NCBI GenBank assembly: GCA_965248355.1
Contig: OZ252098.1
Coordinates: 2,240,001 to 2,304,000 of the forward strand
Length of the DNA stretch: 64,000 bases
Reading direction: 5' to 3'
Origin: Candidatus Latescibacterota bacterium
GTDB taxonomy: Bacteria; Latescibacterota; UBA2968; UBA8231
Made by a program: the position numbers and the translations under genes. How positions within the stretch are numbered: position 1 is the first letter of the stretch; each line of letters starts with the position of its first letter. The notes beneath the pieces are model-generated. The model saw only the letters and a list, made by a program, of their open reading frames with translations. It had not been told where the DNA came from and did no database searches. Below are positions 48,851-58,610 of this stretch, piece by piece.

Positions 48851-49119
48851 AGCCCTCGTCGGTTTGGAGGCGAAGAACGTCGTGTCGGCGTCGATCGAGG
48901 TTTTCCGGGTACGCTGGGCGCTGGTGCCATTCTTCGTCGCTGGACAGTATTCCCTCTAGTCTCAACCGCTTTCAGGTAATGGTTTGCTTGCGCAACGGAT
49001 GCATGGTGATGTGGATGAATAACAGTCGATCAAGCTGCTGTCATTGTGCGTCGGTCGCGTCCGTTGCATATTCATGCGGGACATCAATATAGCACCTTTT
49101 TGCCATGGAAAGACCTCGG

Positions 49120-50703
49120 ATGAAGGACTCTTCGATCTACATTCCCGTTTACGACTGGGACTCGACTGCATCACTGCCGCAATCCTGGGGGTCTCCGCCT
49201 CTTGGCTGGCAGTACGCCAAGCGCCTAGTGCTGGTAAACGACACAGCACACGACCGCCGGGACGAACCGGTCGAAGCGGACGTGGACATTCACGCCGCCC
49301 ACGTCACCGACCTCGGCCGAGAGGTCCGCGTTGCCCGTCTCCACAGCGAAAACGGTCCTATAGAAGTCGTGCCTAGCCAGGCGCATCTCATGGACCGCGA
49401 GGATGAATTGCTGCGCTGTCGGCTGTTTTTCCTTGCCGATGTGGCCGCCGGGGGTTCGGCGACCTACCTCTTGCTATACGGCAACCCCGAGGCGCCCGAG
49501 CCTTGCTACGACACCGACCTCAAGGTCTCGGGTGAAGGGCATGCTCTTGAGGTGGAAAACGAGTATTACCGCGCGGTCCTCGGAAAGAAGAACGGCAACT
49601 GGAAGAATCACTACTCGAAAAGGGGGCCAGCCGAACTCGTAAATCGACACGGCCACGGAGTCGAAGGCACCATTCACTGGGGGCCTGACTGGAGCGACGA
49701 GCGCGTCGGCCGCTACCGGCTGACCAACTGGGACGGCCCGCCCCTGTTCGACTACGATGTGATCAGGGGGCCGGTCTGCGTGCGCATCCGCCGCTGGGGC
49801 CACCCGATCTTGTCAATCGGTCCCCAGGTCGGCCGGCCCCACAAGGTCATGGCTACCGTGACTTACAGCTTCTGGGCCGGTCAGCCCTACGTCATCATGG
49901 AATCGAAGCTCGAGGTTCTCGAGGACGTGCGTTTCCGCGACTGCCGCAACGACGAGTTCGTCATCGGCGAGCAGCTACCCGAACGAGCTTGGATGGGACC
50001 GGAGGGAGAGATCGGTTTTGGGGCCCGGGGCTGGCAGCGCGAGGACCCGCGCTGGGTGACCCATTTCAACCGCGAAACCGGCGAGGGATTCGGTAGCATT
50101 CACCTCCAATTCGAGAACACCAACCCAAGTTGGCCGCAGCCGGCCCACACCGGATTCTCGCACACCGGCACTTGGGTCCGCTATCCGGTGCAGCACGCGG
50201 CGATGCGCGCTGGCGAGCACGTGTACGAAAGGAACGCCTATGTCCTGCACCGGTACGAAGAGGGAGGAGAGCACGGCGGCCTCGCCGACCTCGTCAGCCA
50301 CCAGCAGCGTCTGCTCAACCCGATCACCCAAGGCGAGGCCCCTCCGGCTCCCAGGCCGATCAACCTCGACAATGTCATGGACGCGCTGCGGGCCACCAAC
50401 GAATTCGAGCTCTACGTCCAGGGATCACCCTGGGGACAGCGCCAGCTTAGCTTCGTCGATATCGGAATCGTGCGCGACGTCGCCATCCAAGGGAGCGACA
50501 TCCGCGTCGACATCGTCATGCCGTACGCGGGACGCGAAACGTGGTTCGATTGGTTTTCCGCTGGCATTGAGGAGCAGGTCCGCGCTCGTTTGCAGGACGT
50601 CGGCGAGGTCGAAGTGCGCCTCGTCCGCGAGCCGAAATGGACCCCGCAGCGATTGAACGACCGCGCCCGCCGCGTCATCGGGCCTCTAGATGCACCGGGA
50701 TAG
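49120..50703 (+). CDS. Hypothetical protein: large beta-rich N-terminal region + C-terminal DUF59/FeS-assembly-like domain
   Basis: C-terminal VMDALR...FVDIGIVRDV...IRVDIVMP...VEVRLVREPKWTPQRLNDRARRVIG. Confidence 0.75.
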   Translation: MKDSSIYIPVYDWDSTASLPQSWGSPPLGWQYAKRLVLVNDTAHDRRDEPVEADVDIHAAHVTDLGREVRVARLHSENGPIEVVPSQAHLMDREDELLRCRLFFLADVAAGGSATYLLLYGNPEAPEPCYDTDLKVSGEGHALEVENEYYRAVLGKKNGNWKNHYSKRGPAELVNRHGHGVEGTIHWGPDWSDERVGRYRLTNWDGPPLFDYDVIRGPVCVRIRRWGHPILSIGPQVGRPHKVMATVTYSFWAGQPYVIMESKLEVLEDVRFRDCRNDEFVIGEQLPERAWMGPEGEIGFGARGWQREDPRWVTHFNRETGEGFGSIHLQFENTNPSWPQPAHTGFSHTGTWVRYPVQHAAMRAGEHVYERNAYVLHRYEEGGEHGGLADLVSHQQRLLNPITQGEAPPAPRPINLDNVMDALRATNEFELYVQGSPWGQRQLSFVDIGIVRDVAIQGSDIRVDIVMPYAGRETWFDWFSAGIEEQVRARLQDVGEVEVRLVREPKWTPQRLNDRARRVIGPLDAPG

Positions 50704-50749
50704 TACCCTGGCCACCGAGGAGCTGCCTTTTTCATCGAGGCGAAGGCAT

Positions 50750-51496
50750 CTCGAGGAGATGGAGCCGGGGCGGGGGAACCAGAGCCGCCAGCTTCTCCAG
50801 CAGTTCCATCGGAGACAGCAGGAGATGGCGGGTCCCATCCGACCACGGCGTCTTGAGCGCGAAGCAAAGCCGCTGCGCATCCAGAATGCGCAGGCGCCCT
50901 CCCGCCAGGGCCGGCCGGGCCACGTAGCGGCACAAGCGTTCGAGCCCCCGCCGGTCAGGGCCGGCGATCCGCGTTGCCGCATGCAGGGAAAAGCCGCGCG
51001 AAGCAAAGCACAAGGGCGCCGTACGCACTCCGGTGGCCGGATCTTTCAGGACCCGGCGCAGGCGTTGGCCGGCGCGGGCCCCGGTGGCGGTGAGCCCTCG
51101 CACCGAAGCCGCGGTGAGAGCCGCCAGCACCGGCTCCTCGTCGGCGAGCCGATCGGCTGCGGTGTCGTCGAGCAGGCCGCGTTTTGTGCACAAACGGATG
51201 ATGCGGCGCGCACTCGTCTCCACGATCTGCTGCACGGCTTGGTCGGACAACGGCGGGGCCGCAACGAAAACCGGAGCGTCCTCCCCATCGACGTAGACCC
51301 CGTCGAGCATGAGCACGTGCACGTGGGGATTGAGGTTCGGGGAGGAACCGAATCTCTGGACGAAGGTCACCGAGCCCCACCGCGCGCGGTCATGGCCCAG
51401 GGCCTGCGCCTGACGTCGATACCAGCCGCCTACCACGCGCAGAAACACCGCCAGTATCTTCGAGACCCACTCGCCGTCGTAGGCGACGGCGTGCAC
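50750..51496 (-). mobile_element. Truncated IS91-family (Y2/HUH) transposase, central part
   Basis: VQRFGSSPNLNPHVHVLMLDGVY, GFSLHA, LERLCRYVARP, KTPWSDGT; no N-terminal Zn-binding part. Confidence 0.9.
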
Positions 51497-51584
51497 ACAA
51501 GGAAGTTGACCCTGCTGCGGCAGGGGCGGGCCCGGAGGCTCGCCCTTCGGACGGGCGGTGTGATGGTCCCTCCCCGGCGGAGCC

Positions 51585-52775
51585 TCACACCACCGCCACC
51601 GACTCCCGCTCCACCTGATCCCAGTCGGGCTCGTCGGGGACGCGGTCGTTCCAGGCGATGGACATGTACCCGTCCTCGACGTAGGCCGTGCCGCGGCAGT
51701 CGATCTCCTCCTCGGGAGGGCGGGGGCCCTGGCCTCCGGTCTCGAAGAGGGGGTCGTTGGGGACCGCCAGGATGGCGTGGGGGTCGCCGCCGTGGACCTC
51801 GACCCCGAAGGCCTCGGCGAGTTGGGCCTGCTTGATCTGGCCGGTGATGCCGACGCCGCGCTGGCGGGCGATGTCCACGGCCTCCAGGGCCAGGTAGGGG
51901 GCGGTCTGGAAGGGCTGGCCGCCGAGGTGGCCGATCCACTCCAGGGCCAGCACCGGCAGGTCGAGGGTGGCGCACAGCTTCTGCAGGCCCAGCAGGTCGT
52001 AGTCCTGCAGGGGTTCCTCGATCCAGGTGTAGTTGTGTTTCTCCAGCACCCGGCCGATGCGGACGGCCTCGTCGTAGGTGTAGGACTCCACCGGGTCGTG
52101 CAGGAGGATGAAGTCGTCGCCGAGAGCGGCGCGCAACTCGCGGGCCAGCTCGGTGTTGCCGCGCACGCCGCGGTAGGAGTGGTCCTTGGCGCCCCTGAAG
52201 CCGTCCTCCTTGACCTTCACGGCATTGGCCACCATCTCGTCGATCGTGTGGCCGCCGTAGTTGCGGTAGGCCGGGACCCTTTCGCGGCAGGCGCCGAGGA
52301 GGCGGTACACGGGCTGCCGGGCGTGGCGGCTGGCCAGGTCCCACAACATTCGGTCCACCATATCGACCACGCCGCGGCCGGTGTAGTAGAAGCGCTGGGT
52401 GTACCACAGGCGCTGCCAGATGTACTCGCGGTCGAAGGCGTCGACGCCCAGCAGCAGCGGGCCGATCTCGATCTTGAAGCGGCGCGCATGGTGCGTGAGT
52501 TCGTCGACGTGGAAGCCGCTGCCGAAGGCGGTGTAAGCATCCAGGGGGCCGTCGGTGACCAGGCGCAGGGTGGCGGTCCAGGTGGGATGGAGGGTCTCGT
52601 CCCGGCAGGCCTCGAGCCAGCCGGCGGGCAGCTCCGGCGGCGCTCCGAAGCCGGCGGCGTGGGTGAACAGGCCCGACAGGCCGGGGGGCGCCTTCTCCAT
52701 GCCGCCGCGGTTGCCCACCGACCGCGCCTGGGGTTCCCCCGGCCGGATGTAGATGCGCACGTCCCGGATCTGCAT
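51585..52775 (-). CDS. Mandelate racemase/muconate lactonizing enzyme family
   Basis: LWDLASR, AKDH, LHDP, WIEEPL, LALE. Confidence 0.88.
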   Translation of the reverse strand: MQIRDVRIYIRPGEPQARSVGNRGGMEKAPPGLSGLFTHAAGFGAPPELPAGWLEACRDETLHPTWTATLRLVTDGPLDAYTAFGSGFHVDELTHHARRFKIEIGPLLLGVDAFDREYIWQRLWYTQRFYYTGRGVVDMVDRMLWDLASRHARQPVYRLLGACRERVPAYRNYGGHTIDEMVANAVKVKEDGFRGAKDHSYRGVRGNTELARELRAALGDDFILLHDPVESYTYDEAVRIGRVLEKHNYTWIEEPLQDYDLLGLQKLCATLDLPVLALEWIGHLGGQPFQTAPYLALEAVDIARQRGVGITGQIKQAQLAEAFGVEVHGGDPHAILAVPNDPLFETGGQGPRPPEEEIDCRGTAYVEDGYMSIAWNDRVPDEPDWDQVERESVAVV

Positions 52776-52785
52776 GCTCGACCTC

Positions 52786-53820
52786 TCAGGCGCCCAGGAT
52801 GGTGGCGGTCTCCCGCTCCACGGCGGCCCAGTCCAGCTCCAAGCCCAGCCCCGGCGACCGGGGCACGGGGAGGTGGCCCTCGGTCAGGTGGAGGGGGTTG
52901 CGAATGAGGGGCTCGCCGCCCTGGGAGCCGGTGGCCGTGGCCTCGAACCAGGTGCAGTTGCGCAGGGCGCCGATGACGTGGGCGTGGACGAAGCCGAAGC
53001 CGACTCCCTTGGAGGTGATCTCGCAGTTGACGCCGAAGCTCTCCGCCAGGCGGGCGATCTTGAGCATGTCGGTGATACCGCCGCGCCAGGGCACGCTGGC
53101 GCGCACGATGTCGACGGCCTGGCGGGCCAGCATCTGCGAGGTGGAGAAGGCCGAGCCGGGCAGGTACTCGGCGGCGGCGATGGGCACGTCGAGGGCGTCG
53201 GCCAACCGCTTCAGGCCCATCAGGTCGTAGTCGCGCAGGGGCTCCTCGAACCAGAAGTAGTCCTCCTCCTCCAGCACCCGGCCGACACGGAGGGCCTGGG
53301 GATAGGTGTAGGTCTGCACGGCGTCGTGCATGAGGTGGAAGTCGGGCCCCACGGCGCGGCGGGCCTGGCGGGCGACCTCCATCATGGTCTCGGGGCCGTG
53401 GTAGCAGTGGTCCTTGTACCCGAAGAACCCCTCCTCGCGGGCGGTGACCGCAGCCTCGACGAAGTCGCCCACGGTCGGCAGGTTGCCCCCCATCTTGTAA
53501 GCCGGGATGCGGTCGCGGAAGCCGCCGATGAGGCGGAAGACGGGCACGCCGCAGGCCTTGGCGGCCAGGTCCCACAGGGCCACGTCGAGGTAGCCGCGCA
53601 CCGAGTGGGGCAGGTAGGCGAAGCGGTCGAGGCGGACCAGCTCGTTCCACAGGCGCTCGCGCTCCATGGGGTCGGCGCCGACGAGGGTCTCGCGGCAGGA
53701 CTGGAGGATGTGGCGGGCGCTGTTGTCGTCCACGCCCGGGCACCAGCCCTCCAGCTCGGTATCGGTCCGCAGGCGCAGGAGGCCGCAGGGCTGGTGGATG
53801 TGGATGGCGGTGATGCGCAC
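52786..53820 (-). CDS. Mandelate racemase/muconate lactonizing enzyme family
   Basis: DVALWDL, YKDH, MHDA, WFEEPL, AAAE, PGLGLELD. Confidence 0.9.
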   Translation of the reverse strand: MRITAIHIHQPCGLLRLRTDTELEGWCPGVDDNSARHILQSCRETLVGADPMERERLWNELVRLDRFAYLPHSVRGYLDVALWDLAAKACGVPVFRLIGGFRDRIPAYKMGGNLPTVGDFVEAAVTAREEGFFGYKDHCYHGPETMMEVARQARRAVGPDFHLMHDAVQTYTYPQALRVGRVLEEEDYFWFEEPLRDYDLMGLKRLADALDVPIAAAEYLPGSAFSTSQMLARQAVDIVRASVPWRGGITDMLKIARLAESFGVNCEITSKGVGFGFVHAHVIGALRNCTWFEATATGSQGGEPLIRNPLHLTEGHLPVPRSPGLGLELDWAAVERETATILGA

Positions 53821-53857
53821 GCGGAACCCTCCCCTCCCCGGCCGCGCGGGGCCGGTG

Positions 53858-54499
53858 TCAGCTCTCCAGGGCCTGCAGCAGGGCCTGGGCGATGACGGTG
53901 TGGCCCGCGTGGTTCGGGTGCACGGGCTCGGGGCAGAAGGTCTCGGCGTCCCGGTAGCGCAGCTGCTTCTGGAAGACGTCGTGGAGGCGCACGAGCCGCG
54001 CGCCGTGTTTCTCGCTCATGCGCTCCACCACCTCGATGTACCGGGGAAGGAGGTCGAGCACCTGGGCGCGGAAGGTGTCGCGGCCGTCGTCCAGGGAGAT
54101 GTAGAACGGGGAGATGAGCACCACGGGGCAGCCTATCTCGCGTGCGGTGAGCTCGAGGATCTCGTCGTAGAGGGCCTCGAAGCGCTCCGGCGGCACCCCC
54201 TCCGGGCCGCCGCCCAGGGCCGAGTGCAGGTCGTTGATGCCGATCTTCACCGACAGCCGGTCGGGCCGGTGGAAGAGGACGTCGTCGCGCCAGCGCAGGT
54301 GCAGGTCGGAGACCTTGTTGCCGCCGATGCCCTTGTTGATCCACTCGATGCGGCGCTCCGGCCAGCGCGCCGTCACCAGCTCGGTGAAGGTGCGCACGTA
54401 GCCGTTGCCCAGGGGCGCCTCGGCGGCGCGGCGCCCGCAGTCGGTGATGCTGTCGCCGATGAAGAGGAAGGTGGTGCCGTCCTGCAGCCAGTCGCTCAT
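53858..54499 (-). CDS. SGNH/GDSL hydrolase
   Basis: FIGDSITD, NKGIGG, IGIND, EPVHPNHAGH. Confidence 0.9.
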   Translation of the reverse strand: MSDWLQDGTTFLFIGDSITDCGRRAAEAPLGNGYVRTFTELVTARWPERRIEWINKGIGGNKVSDLHLRWRDDVLFHRPDRLSVKIGINDLHSALGGGPEGVPPERFEALYDEILELTAREIGCPVVLISPFYISLDDGRDTFRAQVLDLLPRYIEVVERMSEKHGARLVRLHDVFQKQLRYRDAETFCPEPVHPNHAGHTVIAQALLQALES

Positions 54500-55845
54500 G
54501 CCTGGATCCCTCCGTAGGTGCAGACGATCTCGTAGATGACGCGGGTGGCGAAGAGCAGCTCGTCGATCGAGGTGCGCTCGTCGTGGCCGTGGAGCAGGCC
54601 CAGCTCGCCGGAGCCGGCCTGCCGGCGGTAGGGCATGAAGCCGTAGACCTGGGTACCCGGCCGGCGCGGCACGATGTGCTTGGCGTCGGTGCCTCCCGTG
54701 GACAGGACGGGCACCAGCGGCGCCTCGGGCTCGTGCCGGGCCATGACCGCGGCGATGGTGTCGTAGAGCACGCCCGCCGCCTGCGCCTCCAGGGGCGGGC
54801 TGTACTGGTCGACCTCGAGATCCAGCTCCTCGCCGACCACGGCCCGCAGCTCGGCCAGGAAGCTCTCCTGCGTCTGGCCCGGCGCCAGGCGGCCGTCGAT
54901 CCAGGCGGTGGCCTCGGCGGGGATGATGTTGATCCCCGAGCCGGCGGAGAGCATGGTCACCGAGGCGGTGTTGCGCAGCAGGGCGCTCCAGCCGGCGCGC
55001 TCGGCGTCGTCGAGGGGCAGCCGCGCCAGGGCCGCCTCGCTGCGCTCCGGGTCGAACAGGGCCAGCAGGTCGGTCCGCAGCTGGGGCCGGCCGCGGGAGA
55101 TGGCCTCGAAGAAGGTGCGCAGGGTGGCGGAGGGGTGCACGGGCAGGGCGTGATCTCTCAAAGGCGCCAGGGCCGCGGCCAGGGTGAGCACGGCGTTGTC
55201 GCCCTGGGGCACCGAGCCGTGTCCGGGCCGGCCCCGGGCCGTGGCCCGCAGGCGGCAGATCCCCTTCTGGCCCACCTGGCAGGTGGTGAACCGGCGCCCC
55301 CCGAGGCGCACCTCGTGGCCGCCGCCCTCGGTGAGGACCACCGGCGCCTCGATCCCCGCCGGGTGGTGGTCGAGGAGCCAGCCGGGCCCGTGGCCGCCCT
55401 TGCCCGCCTCCTCGTCGGCGGTGGCCGCGAACATGATGTCCCGGTCGAGGCGCAGGCCCTGGCGCTTCAGCAGCAGCATGACCATCAGCTCGGCGGCGAC
55501 CATGTTCTTCATGTCGAGGGCGCCCCGGCCCCAGACGTAGCCGTCGTGGATGTCGCCGCCGAAGGGCGGGTGGGTCCAGGCCCCGGCGTCGGCGGCGACC
55601 ACGTCGGTGTGGCCCAGCAGCAGCAGCGGGGGCTCGCCGCCGCCTTCCCGGCGCGTGGTCACGTTGCCGCGCCCCGGCGCCGATTCCGTGATCTCGGCCG
55701 CGAAGCCCTCCTTCTCGAGGACGGAGGCCAGGTAGCGCGCCGCCGCGGTCTCGTTCCCAGGCGGGTTCGTGGTGTCGATGCGGATCAGGGCCTGCAGGTG
55801 GGCGGTCACCTCGGCGCCCACGGTGTTCCAGTCGATGCCTTGCAT
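54496..55845 (-). CDS. M20/M25/M40 family metallopeptidase
   Basis: GHTDVV, GRGALDMK, ADEE, GHGS, GGTD, HGHDER. Confidence 0.92.
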   Translation of the reverse strand: MQGIDWNTVGAEVTAHLQALIRIDTTNPPGNETAAARYLASVLEKEGFAAEITESAPGRGNVTTRREGGGEPPLLLLGHTDVVAADAGAWTHPPFGGDIHDGYVWGRGALDMKNMVAAELMVMLLLKRQGLRLDRDIMFAATADEEAGKGGHGPGWLLDHHPAGIEAPVVLTEGGGHEVRLGGRRFTTCQVGQKGICRLRATARGRPGHGSVPQGDNAVLTLAAALAPLRDHALPVHPSATLRTFFEAISRGRPQLRTDLLALFDPERSEAALARLPLDDAERAGWSALLRNTASVTMLSAGSGINIIPAEATAWIDGRLAPGQTQESFLAELRAVVGEELDLEVDQYSPPLEAQAAGVLYDTIAAVMARHEPEAPLVPVLSTGGTDAKHIVPRRPGTQVYGFMPYRRQAGSGELGLLHGHDERTSIDELLFATRVIYEIVCTYGGIQA

Positions 55846-55887
55846 GAGGGCGGGTAAACAAGAGGTTTCGGCGTTACCTTCAAAGCC

Positions 55888-56715
55888 ATGCCCCGCCCCC
55901 TGCTCCTGCTTCTCGCCCTCGCCTGGCCGTACGCCTGCTCCGGCTCCGACCCGGCCAACGGCGGCGGTCCGGGCGTCGCGCCCTCTTCGAGCGCCATCCC
56001 CACCTGGGGCTACCGCATCGTCGACGTCTTCCCCCACGACCCGCAGGCCTTCACCCAGGGCCTGGTCTACCACGGCGGCCACCTCTACGAGAGCACCGGC
56101 GGCGGCGTGCAACTGACCTCGCGGCCGTCGATCCCCTCCAGCCTGCGCAAGGTGGAGATCGAGACCGGCCGGGTGCTGCGGGAGCACACCCTCGAGCCCC
56201 GGTTCTTCGGCGAGGGCCTGGCCCTCCTCGAAGGGCGCCTCTTCCAGCTCACCTGGACGTCCCGCGTCGGATTCGTCTACGACCTCGACAGCTTCGCCCA
56301 ACAGCGAGAGTTCCGCTACGCCACCGAGGGCTGGGGGCTCACCCACGACGGCGCCGCCCTCGTCATGAGCGACGGCTCCGCCCATCTGTCATGGCGGGAT
56401 CCCGTCACCTTCGCCGAGCGGGGCCGCGTCGAGGTCCGCCACGAGGGCGAGCCTTTGTACAGGCTCAACGAGCTGGAGTGGATCGGCGGGGAGGTCTGGG
56501 CCAACGTCCTGGAGTCGGACCGCGTGGCCCGCATCGACCCGGAGAGCGGCGCCGTGGCCGGCTGGATCGACCTGACGGGCCTGCTCACCTCGGGGGAGCG
56601 GCAACAGGCCGACGTGCTCAACGGCATCGCCTTCGACGCCGCCGGGGGCCGTCTCTTCGTCACCGGCAAGCTGTGGCCCTGGATGTTCGAGATCGAGGTC
56701 GAGGGCGCCGGCTGA
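55888..56715 (+). CDS. Glutaminyl-peptide cyclotransferase (lipoprotein)
   Basis: FTQGL, YESTG, FFGEG, QLTW, EGWGLT, LNELE, VLNGIA, TGKLWP. Confidence 0.93.
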   Translation: MPRPLLLLLALAWPYACSGSDPANGGGPGVAPSSSAIPTWGYRIVDVFPHDPQAFTQGLVYHGGHLYESTGGGVQLTSRPSIPSSLRKVEIETGRVLREHTLEPRFFGEGLALLEGRLFQLTWTSRVGFVYDLDSFAQQREFRYATEGWGLTHDGAALVMSDGSAHLSWRDPVTFAERGRVEVRHEGEPLYRLNELEWIGGEVWANVLESDRVARIDPESGAVAGWIDLTGLLTSGERQQADVLNGIAFDAAGGRLFVTGKLWPWMFEIEVEGAG

Positions 56716-56868
56716 GCCCGGCCCGGGGGCGCGCCCTCGAGTCCACTGACACCCCAAGGGCCGGGCGGGAGGCCCCGCCTTGCCGCCTGGGTGCCGGGAA
56801 TCGATGTTACGGCCGTCCCCGCGCAACGGCCCCGCGCAGGCCGGCGCGGCCCTCCCGGAGATACCCCC

Positions 56869-58587
56869 ATGGACAGCATCCTCATCGTCGTGGCCGCCTT
56901 CGTCGGCTACCTGGTGGCCTACCACACCTACGGCCGCTACTTGAGCCGGAAGGTCTTCGGCCTGAGCTCCGACAACACGACTCCCTCCCGCGAGCAGAGC
57001 GACGGCGTCGACTTCGTCCCCACCCGCAAGCAGGTCATCTTCGGCCACCACTTCACCTCCATCGCCGGCACGGGCCCCATCGTCGGCCCGGCCATCGGCA
57101 TCATCTGGGGCTGGGTGCCGGCCCTGCTCTGGGTCTTCCTCGGCTCGATCTTCATGGGCGCCGTCCACGACCTCGGGGCCCTGGTGATCTCGCTGCGGCA
57201 CAAGGGCCGCACCATGGCCGACATCACCGGCATGGTCATGAACCGGCACCTGAAGATCATGTTCTTCATCATCGTCTTCCTCGCCCTGCTGATCGTCATC
57301 GCCATCTTCGGCCTGGTCATCGCCGTGCTCTTCGACCTCTATCCCCAGGCCGTCTTCCCGGTGTGGATGGAGATCCCCATCGCCCTGGTCCTGGGGCGGG
57401 CCATCAGCCGCGGACGCATCAACCTCACCGGCGCCACCGTGGTCGCCGTGGCCGCCATGTACGTCACCGTCGTCCTCGGGCACTACGTCCCTCTGCAGAT
57501 GCCGGCCATCGCCGGGATCCCGGCCACCGGCGTGTGGACCGTCCTGCTCCTCGTCTACGCCTACATCGCCTCGACCCTGCCGGTGACCACCCTGCTGCAG
57601 CCCCGCGACTACATCAACGCCTGGCAGCTCTTCATCGCCCTGGGACTGCTCGTGCTCGGGGTCTTCGCCGCCGCTCCGGCCATGGTCGCCCCGGCCTTCC
57701 ACCTGTCCCCCGAGGGGGCGCCGCCGTGGATGCCCTTCCTGTTCATCACCATCGCCTGCGGCGCCATCTCCGGCTTCCACTGCCTCGTGTCGAGCGGGAC
57801 CTCCTCCAAGCAGGTCTCCAGCGAGCCGGACGCGCGCTTCGTCGGCTACGGCTCCATGCTCACCGAGGGGTTCCTGGCGACGATCGTCATCATCGCCTGC
57901 GGCGCCGGCCTGGCCCTGGCCTATACCGCGGCCGACGGCACGGTGCTGACCGGCCCGGCCGCCTTCGCCGCCCATTACGGGAGCTGGATGGCCTCCAGCG
58001 GCCTGGCCTCCAAGGTGGCCGCCTTCGTCGTGGGAGCGGCCAACATGATCGCCGCCCTGGGCCTGCCCCGGGAGCTGGCCATCGTCGTCATGGGGGTCTT
58101 CGTCGCCTCCTTCGCCGGCACCACCCTCGACACGGCGACCCGCCTGCAGCGCTACGTCATCAGCGAGCTGGCGGCGGACCTGCGCATCGAGCCCCTGACG
58201 CGCCGCCACCCGGCGACCCTGCTGGCCGTGGTCAGCGCCGCGGCCCTGGCCTTCTACAACGGCGGCGGCGGCAAGGGAGCGCTGCTGCTGTGGCCGCTCT
58301 TCGGCAGCATGAACCAGCTGCTGGCCGGTCTCGCCCTGATCGTCGTCACCTACTGGCTCAAGCAGCAGGCCCGCAACTACCTGGTCACCCTGCTGCCGTC
58401 GCTGGCGATCTTCGTGTGCACCACCTGGGCCCTGGCCCACACCCTGGGCAGCCTCTACGGCAGCGGCAACGTGCCGAGCCTGGTCATCGGCGGGATCGCC
58501 CTGGCCCTGCAGATCTGGCTCACCGTCGAGGCCCTGGCCCTGCTGCTGCGGCGGGAGCCCGAGCCGGCGGCGGCCGCCGCCGGCTGA
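56869..58587 (+). CDS. cstA: Carbon starvation protein A family transporter
   Basis: FGHHFTSIAGTGPIVGP, TIACGAISGFH, GYGSMLTEG, TTLDTATRLQRY, WPLFG. Confidence 0.93.
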   Translation: MDSILIVVAAFVGYLVAYHTYGRYLSRKVFGLSSDNTTPSREQSDGVDFVPTRKQVIFGHHFTSIAGTGPIVGPAIGIIWGWVPALLWVFLGSIFMGAVHDLGALVISLRHKGRTMADITGMVMNRHLKIMFFIIVFLALLIVIAIFGLVIAVLFDLYPQAVFPVWMEIPIALVLGRAISRGRINLTGATVVAVAAMYVTVVLGHYVPLQMPAIAGIPATGVWTVLLLVYAYIASTLPVTTLLQPRDYINAWQLFIALGLLVLGVFAAAPAMVAPAFHLSPEGAPPWMPFLFITIACGAISGFHCLVSSGTSSKQVSSEPDARFVGYGSMLTEGFLATIVIIACGAGLALAYTAADGTVLTGPAAFAAHYGSWMASSGLASKVAAFVVGAANMIAALGLPRELAIVVMGVFVASFAGTTLDTATRLQRYVISELAADLRIEPLTRRHPATLLAVVSAAALAFYNGGGGKGALLLWPLFGSMNQLLAGLALIVVTYWLKQQARNYLVTLLPSLAIFVCTTWALAHTLGSLYGSGNVPSLVIGGIALALQIWLTVEALALLLRREPEPAAAAAG

Positions 58588-58610
58588 CCGGGACCGCCCC
58601 TTCCCCGCCC

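Noticed and set aside
51498..51501. CTTG just upstream of the truncated IS91 transposase as terIS
   Set aside because: A 4-mer match alone is not significant and no terIS hairpin was confirmed
56716..56868. Possible riboswitch upstream of cstA
   Set aside because: Only short GC-rich stems expected by chance; no recognisable aptamer consensus
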